DNA of 61,502 nucleotides, counting the filler, from Chiloscyllium plagiosum (Eukaryota), in the NCBI RefSeq assembly GCF_004010195.1. It is 3 parts of one record of this genome, joined end to end, with 100 filler letters (N's around TTAATTAATTAA, not from the genome) between each part and the next. Parts side by side here need not be neighbours in the genome. Positions count along the whole stretch, not along the records: positions 1 to 21,266 come from NC_057713.1; positions 21,367 to 50,670 come from NC_057713.1; 1 more part is not named here. One strand, written 5' to 3'. Numbering within the stretch: position 1 is the first letter of the stretch; every line of letters starts with the position of its first letter. The notes under the pieces were generated by a model. The model was not told where the DNA came from, ran no database searches, and worked only from the letters and a program-made list of their open reading frames with translations. Of the stretch, positions 13,881 to 25,799 are shown in pieces. Position numbers and translations under genes: made by a program.

Positions 13881-14108
13881 TGACTGTGTGGAGTTTGCAC
13901 GTTCTCCCCATGTCTGTGTGGGTTTCCTCCGGGTGCTCTGGTTTCCTCCCACAGTCCAAAGATGTGCAGGTCAGGTGAATTAGCCATGCTAAATTACCCG
14001 TAGTGTTAGGTAAGGGGTAAATGTAGGGGTATGGGTGGGTTACGCTTCGGCGGGTCGGTGTGGACTTGTTGGGCCGAAGGGCCTGTTTCCACACTGTAAT
14101 GTAATCTG
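13881..14108 (+). mobile_element. Headless HE1-like SINE nested in the LINE
   Basis: V-domain and tail (TGTAATGTAATCT) matching the reverse complement of 55004-55230; interrupts the LINE RT frame. Confidence 0.8.
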
Positions 14109-15346
14109 TCAATCTATTCAGCCTCTGCCTATAGTTCAAACCCTCCAACCCCCACAACATCCTTGTAAATCTTTTCTGAACCCTTGCAAGTTTAATAACA
14201 TATTTCTTAGAGCAGGGAGACCAGAAGTGAATGCTGTATTCCAAAAGTGGCCTAACCAATGTACCAATGACATCTCAGCTTCCATAGTCAATGTACTGAC
14301 TAATAAGGCAAATATACCAAACACCTTCTTCACAACCCAGTCTACCTGGGACTTCTCCTTCAGGGAACTTTGAACCTGCACCCCAAGGTTTCTTTATTGG
14401 GCAACATTCCCCACTTCCCTACCATTAAGTGTATAAATCCTGCACTGATTTGCCTTATCAAACTGCAACACCTCACGTTTATATAAATTAAACTCCATCT
14501 ACCAGTCCGTTTGCCCATCTGATCAAGCTCCTGTTGTACACTGAGATAACCTTCTTCACTGTTCAATTTTGGTATCATCTGCAAGCTTACTAACCATTCC
14601 GCCTATATTCACATGCACATCATTTATATAAGTGACAAAAATCAGTGGACCCAGCATTGATTCTTACAGCATCGGCTGGTCACAGGCCTCCAGTCCAAAA
14701 AGCAATCCTCCATCATGGCCTTCTGTCTCCTAACTTCAAGCCAATTTTGTATTCAAATGGCTAGCTCTCCCTGGATTCCATGTGATCTAAATTTGCTAAT
14801 CAGTCTTCTGGGGAACCTTGTCAAATGGCTTGCTAAAGTCCAGAAAGACAACATCCACTGACCTGCTTTCATCTGTCTTCTTTGTCACCTCTTCAAAATA
14901 CTTGATCAAGTTAGTAAAACACTATTTTCCATGCACAATGCCATGTTGACTATCTCTAATCAGTCCTTGCCTTTCCAAATACATGCAGATTCTGTCCCTC
15001 AGAATCCCCTCCAATGACTTATCAACTGACATCAGGCTCACCAGTCTATAGTTCCCTGGCTTTTCCTTACCACCTTAAATAATGGTGCCATATTATCCAT
15101 CCTCCAGTCTTCCAGCACCTCATCTGTGGCTATCAATGATACAAATATCTCACTAAGAGGCCCAGCAATAATTTCCCTGGTTTCCCACAAAGGTTGGGAT
15201 ACATCTGATCAGTTTCCATGGATTTATCCATTTTTGTCCGTTTTAAGATGTCAAGTACTTCCTTTTCTGTGATGTGGACTCTTATCAAGATATCACGCTT
15301 TATTTCTCCAAGTTCTCTAGCTTCCATCTCCTTCTCCACAATAAAT

Positions 15347-15726
15347 ACTGACATGAAACACTTGTTTAGTATCTCACCCATCTCCTGCCATTCCACACTT
15401 AGATGGCCTTGTTGATCTTTAAGGTGCTGTATTTTCTCTCTCTAGTTACTCTTTTGCTTTTAGTGTATTTGTAGAATCTCTTTGGATTCTCCTTAACACT
15501 ATTTGCCAAAGCTATCCTATGTACCCTTTATGCCCTACTGACGTGAAACACTTGTTTAGTATCTCACCCATCTCCTGCCATTCCACACTTAGGTGGCCTT
15601 GTTGATCTTTAAGATGCTGTATTTTCTCTCTCTAGTTACTCTTTTGCTTTTAGTGTATTTGTAGAATCTCTTTGGATTCTCCTTAACACTATTTGCCAAA
15701 GCTATCCTATGTACCCTTTATGCCCT
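15347..15726. repeat. 190-bp tandem duplication within the LINE
   Basis: Copies 15347-15536 and 15537-15726 (ACTGAC(A/G)TGAAACAC...TATGCCCT); three A/G differences seen. Confidence 0.9.
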
Positions 15727-15947
15727 CCTATTTCCCTCTTGAGCATATTCCTACAATCCTTACTCCTCCAGGGATTCACTGAATCCAAGTTGTCTAGACT
15801 TGACATATTCCTCCTTCTTTGTCTTGACCAGAGCCTGAATTTCTCTAGTCAATCAGCATTCTCTACATCTATCAGTCTTGCCCTTTTCGCTAATAGGAGC
15901 ATACTGCCTTTCAACTCTTGTTATCTCATTTTTAAGACCTCCCACTC

Positions 15948-16166
15948 CCAGGTTCTTTACTCAGAGAGTGATAAGGGCATGGAATGCACTACCTGCTCAT
16001 GTAGTCAACTCAGCCACATTGGGGAGATTTAAACAATCCTTAGATAAGCACATGGATGATTTTGGGATAATGTAGGGGGACGAGCTGAGAATAGTTCACA
16101 GGTCGGTACAACATCGAGGGCTGAAGGGCCTGTTCTGCGCTGTATTGTTCTATGTTCTATGTTCTA
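15948..16166 (+). mobile_element. Nested CR1-type 3' end fragment
   Basis: RFFTQRVIRAWNALP..FKQSLDKHM, ending in a (TATGTTC)n tail. Confidence 0.75.
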
Positions 16167-19100
16167 ACCGTCCTTTTACCTGTGAATAGTTTCTCCCAAT
16201 CAACTTGCCTGATACCATCAAAATTGGTCTTCAATTTAAAACTAATTTTTAGATTAGGTCTATCTTTTCTATAATTATTTTCACGCTAAGAGAATTATGA
16301 TTGCTGGCCCCCAAGTTCTCCCACTGACACCTCAGTGACTTGCTCTGTGTTACTTCCAAAGAGCAGGTCAGATTTTGTTCCTTCTCTAGTAGGTTCATCC
16401 ACACACTGAAGAAGAAAATGTTCTTTAACCCACTTAACAAATTCTTCTCCATCTAAGCCCTTAACACTATGACAGTCCCAGTCTATGATTGGAAAGTTAA
16501 AATCATCGACCATTACAATAGTAACATTCTTACAGTCATCTGAGATTTCCTTACAAATTTGCTTCTCAATTTCCTGCTGACTACTGGGGGTGCCTGTAGT
16601 ACAATCCCAATAAGGTGATCATCCCTTTCTTTCTTCTCAGTTCCACACAAATAACTTCACTGGAGGTACACCCAAGAATATCCCCCTCAAGTACAGCCAT
16701 AATATCCCTAATCAAAAATGCTACTATCTCTTTCACTTGCATCCCCTTTATATCCTTCCTATAGCATCTATATCCTGGAACATTAAGTTGCCAGTCCTGC
16801 CCTTTCCTGAACCACATTTCTCTAATAACTATGATATCCCAGTCCTATGTTCCTAACTATGACTTAAGTTCATCTCAGGCTTCTTACTTTGAAATAAATG
16901 CAGTTTAATTTTTCAATCTTGCCTCATTCTCTGCCTTGTTCTTACCTGCCTTGACTATTTGACTTACTCCTCTTCTCAACTGTGCAAGCCTCAGATTTAT
17001 CTCTCTTCTTACTATCTGTTTGGGCCTCCCACTAGTTTAAATCCTCCGGAGTAGCGCTAGCAAATTTCCCTGCCAGGATATTGATCCCCTTCCAATTCAG
17101 GTGCAAACCGTCCTTCCTGTACAGGTCACTTCTACCGCAGAAGAGATTTTCAAAAATGCGAATCCCTGTCCCCCGCACCAGCTCCTCAGCCATGCATTCA
17201 TCTGCCCTATCCTCCTATTCCTACTCTTACTTGCATGTAACACTGGGAGTAATCGAAATATTACTTTTCTTGAGGATCTACTTTTTAACCTTCTGCCTAA
17301 TTTCCTGTCTTCTCCCTTCAGAACCTCATCTCTTTCTCTTCCTATGTAATTGGTACCAATGTATACAATGACCTCCTGCTGGTCACGCTCCCCTTTGAGA
17401 ATAAGCTGCACTCTCTCCAAGATATCTTTGACCCAGCATCAGGGAGAAAACACACCATTGTAATATATTACTATCGGCTGCAGAAACATGTATCCGTGCC
17501 CCTGACTAGAGAGCCCCCTATCCCAATCGATTGCCTGGAATCTGACATACACCTCACCACAGCAGGGCCAGTCTTGTTACGAGAAACTTGGCTGTCAGAG
17601 CTACATTCCCCGAGAGTCCACTACCCCTTACATTTTCCAAGCCAGCATTCTTGTTTGAGATGGGGTTGGCCATAGTAGACTTCTGCACTGCCTGCCTACT
17701 TTTCCTCGAGGTAATCCATCTACCCAAACTGTATCTGTGGTTTTTTTATCTTTCCTCATTGTGTCTAAATGCCACTCCAATTGATCCATACAATCCGATA
17801 AGATTTGCAACCAAACACACATTATGCATACATAATCATCAGGGGCATTGAAATTCACCCTAATCTCCCACATGTGACAGTTATAGCACATCACTCTACA
17901 TCTTAATCTACACATCCAGAAAGTAGCAGTCATCCTGCTCGAAAAACACTACTCTAGGAAATCTAAATACCTATGTTTTATATTAAAAATAAATTAATCA
18001 AAAGACAGATCTCAGTAAAACATAAAGAAAAATGCCCTCACCCTACTCACTATTATAGACTTACAAAAAAATCAAGATTAATAAGTTTGATAAACCCTTA
18101 AAAACAAAAACTTAAGCTCATCAATGAAATCCTGACATTTTCAGCTGTGAGTAGTCCCAATAATGAGGTCTCCCCAAGGTCAGCTGTAAATTTCACTGTG
18201 TATTTTTCTTGGATTGAACTCCAACTTCCTGTGATGCTTGTAACTTCACGGTCAGTCAGCTGTGCAGGCTGTGTGCTTTGTCAGTCAGCTGTAAAGATAG
18301 GTTTTAGATTAACAAAAAGAATTCATACATACATTACATGATCACTGGGGGAAAAATGAGTCATTTCTGCTGCATTTCCATGGCATTAGATTCCAGCTGC
18401 TTAGCAGAAATAAGGTTGAGGGTTAACTGTTCTTGCTAAACCTCCATGCCAACAGTTACCAATCAATAACGAACTCCTTCTCAAGTTATATAAAATGATG
18501 TCTCCTTTTTCCAGTCTGGTTTCTTGTATCCTAGTCCTGATGAGTGCAAGATGTAAAGCTTGTAAATCCAGATCTGCTTTGGCATTCATGTTGGCAGAGA
18601 CAATGTTTTTACTGATCTTTATAATTAAAAGATTATAAATTGAAAGCTTGAGGTAAAGTTGAGAGACCTCCTCGCCAATGGGCTGACTCCACAAATCTTT
18701 GAAGAGAACAAGATAGGTCTTTCTCTGATGTAGTACTGCATAAGTGCAATATCTGATCTGGAGCCAGAGTAGTAGGTTAAATGTTTACAGTTTTACAGCA
18801 GGAAACAGTTAAAGAAGCCCACATCCCATTATGATTAGCTGGTAAGAGAAGTGGACACAAAGTCAATGGCAACTTTCAAAAGAAAATTGGATGAATGTCT
18901 AAAGTATATAACTTTTTTTGTGTATGGTCAAAGAATGGGCTGGAGATGGAAGTGGAGGCAAATGAGACGAACCAGATTGTTCTTTGAAAAAGCCAAGCTG
19001 GACTCAATGCGTTGACATGGTTCCTCCTAGGCTTTACAATCCTACAAAATATTGACAAGGACCAATGAGGTAAAATGGACTGTTTGCTGTAATTTTATTT

Positions 19101-19679
19101 TTAATTACTATTTTTTCTAAGAACCTCATATTCATTGATGAACTATTACTGTTAAAGTCTCAATCCCCTTCTATTGTCCTGGGGAATGTGACACATTTGT
19201 TGTCAATTGACCAATCACTGAGAAATTGACAATGGAATGACACATCAATCACAATGAAAAGCCCCACACAATGTGATTTACCATTTATCAAGTTACTGAT
19301 GAGCAGGTTTGAGATTTTTATAGAGTCTTTGACTCCAATGACTATAATTCCAGGCTTGCATTAGGGTGGATCAAATAATGATCTAATATAAAACTTAACC
19401 TTATGCAAAGTAGCTTCTGAAGAATGGGTGTGGGCATTCTCTATTTGATTTATTTTGGAAAGATTGCCAAAGAACAAAGTACTTTGTAGATATTGTTTAG
19501 TACTAGACAAGTCAGACCCAGAACATGATAGATGATATTTTGTTTGTTTCGTTTTTACCAAGCTACTCTTTCACTGAAACTCAAACAGGCAAAATTGCAG
19601 ATTTGGTTTAAACAATAAAGCAAAAAATTATTAATGAACAAAAAGGCAAAATAGAACAAACCAAATTATTCGTATGAAA

Positions 19680-19907
19680 TAAAAACCAAAAGAACTGTGG
19701 ATACTGTAAATCAGAATCAAAAACAAAAATTGCTGGAAAAGCTCAGCAGTTCTGGCAGCATCTGTGGAGGGAAATCATTTTTTAACATTTCAGGCCAAGT
19801 GACCCTTCCACAGAACCGTTCTGAGGAATGTTCACTTGACCCAAAATGTTAATTCTGATTTCTCTACACAGATGCTGCCAGACCTGCTGAGCTATTCCAG
19901 CAATTTC
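19680..19907. mobile_element. Palindromic Penelope-derived element with imperfect 13-bp TSD
   Basis: Arms AAATTGCTGGAAAAGCTCAGCAG..CAGAAC / GTTCTG..CTGCTGAGCTATTCCAGCAATTT centred near 19817. TSD TATTCGTATGAAA (19667-19679) vs TATTTATATGAAA (19908-19920), differing only at the CpG. Confidence 0.7.
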
Positions 19908-19971
19908 TATTTATATGAAACACAAGTTAGAAGATTTCAGAACATAGAATAAAATTAGTCCCAAGATATTA

Positions 19972-20935
19972 TCTGGAATAAGGTAGGTGAGCTTGCAGCA
20001 TAGATAGGTACCTTGGACTTCGATGTTGTGGCAACGACTGAGACATGGATAGAGCAAGGTCAGGAGTGGATGTTACATGTTCCAGGATTTAGATCTTTCA
20101 TTAAGATCACAGAAGGTGGTAAAAGAAGGGGAGGTATGGCTTTGTTAGTCAAGGATGATATAAGGTAAAAGCAATGACTGCAGATGCTGGAAACCAGATT
20201 TTGGAGTAGAGTGGTGCTGGAAAAGCACAGCAGTTCAGGCAGCATCCGAGGAGGCAGGTACGGCAGGTAGTGCAGAAAGCTAATAGCATGATGGCCTTCA
20301 TAACAAGAGGGATTGAGTATAGAGGCAAAGAGGTTCTTCTGCAACTGTACAGGTCCCTGGTGAGACCGCACCTGGAATATTGTGTGCAGTTCTGGTCTCC
20401 AAATTTGAGGAAAGACATTCTGGCTATTGAGGGAGTGCAGCGTAGGTTCACGAGATCAATTCCTGGAATGGCGGAACTATCTTATGTTGAAAGATTGGAG
20501 TGACTGGGCTTGTATACCCTTGAGTTTAGAAGACTGAGAGGGGATCTGATTGAAACGAATAAGATTATTAAAGGATTGGACACTCTGGAGGCAGGAAATA
20601 TGTTTACGCTGATGGATGAGTCCCGAACCAGAGGACACAGCTTAAAAATAAGGGGTAGGCCATTTAGGACAGAGATGAGGAGAAACTTCTTCATCCAGAG
20701 AGTGGTGGGTGTGTGGAATGCTCTGCCCCAGAAGACAGTGGAGACCCAGTCCCTGGATTCGTTTAAGAAAGAGTTGGATAGAGCTCTCAAGGATAGTGGA
20801 ATCAAGGGTTATGGAGATGAGGCAGGAGCAGGATACTGATTGAGGATGATCAGCCATGATCATAATGAATGGTGATGCAGTCTCGAAGGGCAGAATGGCC
20901 TACTCCTGCACCTTTTGTCTATTGTCTATTGTCTA
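19972..20935 (+). mobile_element. CR1 pieces (APE fragment, interposed Penelope tail at 20164-20258, young RT 3' end)
   Basis: DVVATTETW (APE); KANSMMAFITRGIEYR..LVRPHLEYCVQFWSP..RRLRGDLIE..FFIQRVVGVWNALP; (CTATTGT)n tail ending ~20935. Confidence 0.85.
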
Positions 20936-21266
20936 GTACAATGGGTGGATGGGGGTGAGATGAAGGTGAGATGATAGGTCAGAGAGGTGTGTGGAGTGGA
21001 TAGGTGGAAAAGAAGATAGGCCGGTAGGACAGGTAATGGGGACGGTGCTGAGCTGGAAGTTTGGAACTGGGGTGAGTTGGGGGAAGGGGAAATGAGGCGT
21101 TCTTCCTCCAGGCGTCGGGTGGTGAGAGAGCGGCGGTGAAGGAGGTCCAGGACCTCCATGTCCTCGGCAGAGTGGGAGGGGGAGTTGAAATGTTGGGCCA
21201 CAGGACAGTGTGGTTGATTGGTGCAGGTGTCCCAGAGATGTTCCCTAAAGCGCCCTGCTAGGAGGC
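20936..21266 (-). mobile_element. Penelope GIY-YIG C-terminal fragment
   Basis: AQHFNSPSHSAEDMEVLDLL..RRLEEERLI on the minus strand; runs into an assembly gap. Confidence 0.8.
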
Positions 21267-21366
21267 NNNNNNNNNNNNNNNNNNNNNNNNNNNNNNNNNN
21301 NNNNNNNNNNTTAATTAATTAANNNNNNNNNNNNNNNNNNNNNNNNNNNNNNNNNNNNNNNNNNNN
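21267..21366. other. Assembly gap: 44 N + TTAATTAATTAA + 44 N
   Basis: Linker at 21311-21322; an identical construct occurs at 50671-50770. Confidence 0.97.
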
Positions 21367-22435
21367 GCATAAAAGGCCTTGGGGTTATCCTTGATCTAAC
21401 CCGCCAAAGATTTTTCATGCCCTCTCTTAGCTCTCCTAATCCCTTTCTTCAGCTCCCTTCTGGCTATCCTGTATCCCTCCACTGCTCTGTCTGAACCTTG
21501 TTTCCTCAACCTTATGTAAGCCTCCTTCTTCCTCTTTACTAGACATTCAACCTCCCTCGTCAACCAAGGTTCCCTCACACGACCATCTCTTTCCTGCCTG
21601 ACAGGTGCATACATATCAAGGACACGTTGTATCTGTTCCTTGAAAAAGTTCCACATTTCAACGACATCCTTCCCTGACAGCTTATGCTCCCAATTTATGC
21701 TCCTCAGATCCTGTCTTGCAGCATCGTATTTACCCTTCCCCCAATTGTAAAACCTGCCCTGTTGCACTCACCTATCTCTGTCCATAACCAAGGTGAAAGT
21801 CACAGAATTGTGGTCACCATCACCAAAATGCTCACCCACCAACAAGTCCATCACTTGTCCCGGTTCGTTACCAAGTACCAAATCCAATATGGCCTCCCCT
21901 CTGGTCGGACAATCTACATACTGAGTTAGAAAAGCTTCCTGGACACACTGCACAAACACCGCCCCGTTCAATCTACTTGATCTAAAGAGCTTCCAATCAA
22001 TATTTGGGAGCATAATTTGGGAGCAATATTTTTTAGAGCATAAGAGACTGAGGGGGAATCTTATAGAAGTATCTAAGATCATGACAGTCATGGATAGTAT
22101 GAATGCACTCAGTCTTTTCTCCAGGATTGTGGAATCACGGACTATTAGGCATCAATTTAAGGTGAGAGGGGAAAGAATAAAAGGGAACCTGAGGGGCAAC
22201 TTTTTTTACACAGAAGGTGGCATGCACATGGAATGAGTTGCCAGTGGAAGTGGTTGAGGTGGGTACATTAACAACATTTAAAAGGCATTTGGACAAATAC
22301 ATAGATATGAAAGATTTAGAAGGATATGGGCCAAGTACAGAGAAATGGTGTTCATGTTGGTGGACATTTAGGGTGGCATGGACCAGTTTGGGCTAAAGGG
22401 CCTGTCTCTGTGCTGTAGGACTCTATGACTCTATA
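21367..22435. mobile_element. CR1 ORF2 fragment (-, 21367-~22008) joined to a CR1 3' end (+, ~22030-22435)
   Basis: Minus: PNIDW..TRGEAILDLVLGNEPGQV..GDGDHN..EPWLTREVE. Plus: RLRGNLIEV and a (CTATGA) tail. An 11-bp duplication ATTTGGGAGCA sits at the junction (22002-22012, 22015-22025). Confidence 0.75.
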
Positions 22436-22439
22436 TAAC

Positions 22440-25100
22440 CCAGTGAAGTGGAAAGACTCGAGGAAGTAGCTAAGCTGGCCATTGTTAATCAAGGAACTTA
22501 AGGATAATATCAAATTGAAACAAAAGAAAATAAGTATGGCAAAATAATTGGTTAAACCAGAGGATTTGTAAAGTTTTAAAAGACAACAAAAAGTGAACAA
22601 AAAAAATTAAGAATAAGAAAATAAACTATGAAGGTAAACTAGCAAGTAATACAAAATGGACAGAGAGAGCCTTTTGAAAAATATATAAAAGGGAAGCAAG
22701 GAGCCAAAGTGAGCATAGGCCTCTTAAAAAATGAGGTTGGAGAAATAATATTGGGGAACCGGGAAGCAACAGAAGAGTTAAATGAATACATTGCATCAGC
22801 CTTCATGGTTGAGGATATAAATAGCTTTCCAAAAATACTAAATAATTAAAGCTAAAGGGTCCATGGGGCAGAGGTAGGAAACTAGAAAAAAAGTACTAGG
22901 GAAATTAATAGGGCTAAAGGCTGATAAGTCCTTTGCATCCGATAGTTGAATCCTAGTGGATACTACATGAGTAGGAATCATAGAATTAAACAGAACAAAA
23001 GAGGCCCTTTGGCCTATTGTGTCTGACACCACAAGAACGTTTCTGTACTCATCCCACACTTAATCCATAGCCTTGAACATTATGACATTAAGGTACTCCT
23101 TCAAATACTTTTTAAAGGTTTTGAAGTTTCCCCACTTCAACTATCCTCTCAGGCAGTGCATTCAAAACTCTCACTACTCCCTGGGTGATTTTTTTTCCTC
23201 AAATCCCCTCTAAATCTCCTCAGTTTCATCTTAAAATGATGCCCCCTTGTTATTGACTCTTCAACCAAGGGGACCAGTCACTTTCTGTATACCTTGTCTA
23301 TGCCCCTCAATGTTATACACCACTATCAGGACTCGCCTCAACTTTCTCTGCTGTACAGAACACAACATGCGATTATCAAGCTTTATTTTAATAAAACATG
23401 CTTTCATCCAATTCACAATTCTGTTTTGCCAACCATATTTTTCCTTTTTCATAACAAACTGAAAATGTATGGTATTGTGGTCATTATTACTAAAGTGCTG
23501 TCTGACTGCCTTCTCAAATATCTGATCTTCTTCATTCCTGTGAATTAGGTCAGCACTGCACTGCTTCTTGTTGGAACTTCCACGTATTGATATAAAAATC
23601 CCTTATGAATACATTTCAATAAATCTACTTCCTCTAAACCCTCACACTATAATTATCCCAATTAATGTTGGGGAAGTTAAAATCCCCTAATATAATTACC
23701 ATTTCTTGTTTTTACACATCTCAGTAAATAATTTATATAACTGCTTCTCTGTTATCTGCTGACTCTATGGGGATCTACAATAAACTCCATGAAGTGTGAA
23801 TGGCCCTCTTTTATCCTAAAATCTACCCCCAAAGCCTCATTTGAAAACCCTGAGATATCGTCCCCTCCTTACTGCAGTATCTGACTCCTTACTTAACAAT
23901 GTGATACCACATGCTCTGCTTCACTTTCCCCTGTCCTGCCTGAAGACCCTATACTCAAGAAAGTTAAGTTACTAGTTCTGCCCCTCCCTCAACCACATCT
24001 TTGTGATGGCAATGTAATTCATGCGTCAATCCATGCCCTCAACTCATCTGTCTTAACTGTATTAATCCTAGCATTAAAGTAGAGGCTGTCCAGCCTCAAC
24101 TTTCTCCCTTGACACTCAACATGCTGAACTCTTTCTGCCTTAGTTAAAAATCACACAATACCAGATTATAGTCCAACAGGTTTAATTGGAAGCACACTAG
24201 CTTTCGGAGCGACGCGAGTGTGCTTCCAATTAAACCTGTTGGATATAACCTGGTGTTGTGTGATTTTTAACTTTGTACACCCCAGTCCAACACTGGCATC
24301 TCCGAATCTTTCTGGCTTTGCTTCTTTACTAAATTTTGCTGTGCTCCCAATATACTAATATTCTGTGTCCCCTCACTCTGTGGGCTATTTCACCTTCTCT
24401 CAAGAGCACTAGCAAACTCATCCATGGTGACATTGAATCCATCCTTGTTAAGATGCAGGATGGACCTCTCTCCTCCACCTTTGTGTTGGTTCCACCTTCC
24501 CCAGAAATGGTCTGAAAATCTAAAATCCTCCCTCTTGAACCAACTCTTGTGCCATGCCTTCATCTAACCTATTCAACTATTTGTGTACTTGCTAACACAA
24601 GGAGTAATCCAAAGATTTCAACCTTTGAGGTCCTGCTCTTTAGCTACTGCCTTGCTCCTAAATACTTGTTGTCAGACCCCATCCCTCTTTCTACCTGCAT
24701 TGTTGGTACTCACACGTACCACAATGTGTGTCTTGTCATCCTCCCCTTTCAGGATACTCTGCAATCACTCAGTGACATCCCTGATCCTGGCACCAGAGAG
24801 ACCATACACTATCTACAGTCAGGAACCAATGCTTACCTCAGCTTCCAAAATGATAAAAAATGATATGTGAGCAGGATCCCAGACGACTCCTGCACAACCT
24901 GCCGGATGCTCTTTGACTGCCTAGTAATCACTCATTCCCTTCTTTCCTCCGGTCCATTAAGCTACAGCACGACTGCTACTTGAAATGTGTTATCCACATA
25001 TATCTCAGCCTCGCAGATTGCCACAGTGTCTCCAGCCACTGCTCAAACTTTAAAACATGAAGCCAAGACTTAGACTTCAACTTACTCAGTCATACTTGCT
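22440..25100. mobile_element. Mosaic of old CR1-like fragments (ORF2 linker +, 3' end -, APE/ORF1 -)
   Basis: GLKADKS at ~22910; minus-strand GDFNFP-like motif at ~23665-23690; ORF1 esterase-like region at 24400-24800. Confidence 0.55.
24142..24307. mobile_element. Hairpin element of a second Penelope-like family with ~12-bp TSD
   Basis: Arms 24142-24198 and 24217-24272 are near-perfect reverse complements. TSD TCTTTCTGCCTT (24130-24141) vs TCTTTCTGGCTT (24307-24318). Confidence 0.7.
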
Positions 25101-25799
25101 AACTTTTCTAGTTACTTAAATCTTTAGATTTACCTGCACTTTAGTCACCTTCTCTTATTCTCTGACTTTAACTTATTGCTGGTGCTTCTCAGTTAACCCA
25201 TTAATAATAAAACCACCTAGATCTTGGGCCTTGGTCTACTCCTGCCTCCACTGATCTGTGAAAGTAGTTAGAAAAATAAAGCAACAGAAAAAAGAGAAAC
25301 CTTCCTCCCTACTTCACCAAACTCTCACACTTACCAAACTGCACACCCCACTCTCTGCAAGTTGCAACCTGCTTGTAATCTGTTGTCTAATCACTGTCTG
25401 TAATCGTCCAAGGATCCATATATGCAAATGTCCCAGAGGATTAGAAAACTGCCAATGTAATACATTTGTTCAAAATTGGAAGAAAACAAGTATAAAATAG
25501 CTAGCTTGAGGCCAGTGATCTTAATATCTGTCATTGGGAGTATGTTAGAGTTTATTACAAAGGTTGTAATAGCAGACAGTGTAAAACTAAACAAATAAAA
25601 GGTAGGAAAAGCACAGAATGTGTTCTGGGTGAGGTTTTAAATGTTCTTCACTAAGGTTATAGCTCCACTGAACTGGCTGGTTCCTGAAAGATAAAGTTTC
25701 TAGTCTGAGTTTGTAACAGGTGTTACAAAAAGGAACACAAGAAAAAAAATGTACTTGACTTCAGCTTCACCAACCTACGTGGCATTTGTCCATGGGAAT

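Larger units (their letters stand above)
13475..17960 (-). mobile_element. Near full-length degenerate CR1/HER1 LINE (ORF1 zinc finger + SGNH esterase; ORF2 APE + RT)
   Basis: ORF1 remnants CYNCHMWE..YVCIMC (17628-17933) and VIVYIGTNYIG (17097-17420). APE remnants PGYRCYRKD, GLYYRHP, DDFNFPIIDW (16295-16817). RT remnants VRPLLEY, VQKRFTRML, RLRGDLIE. 3' tail near 13475. Multiple stops and frameshifts. Confidence 0.9.

Noticed and set aside
21267..21366. TTAATTAATTAA palindrome inside N runs (also 50671-50770)
   Set aside because: Identical 44N-12-44N construct giving stops in all six frames; an assembly or scaffolding linker, not biology.
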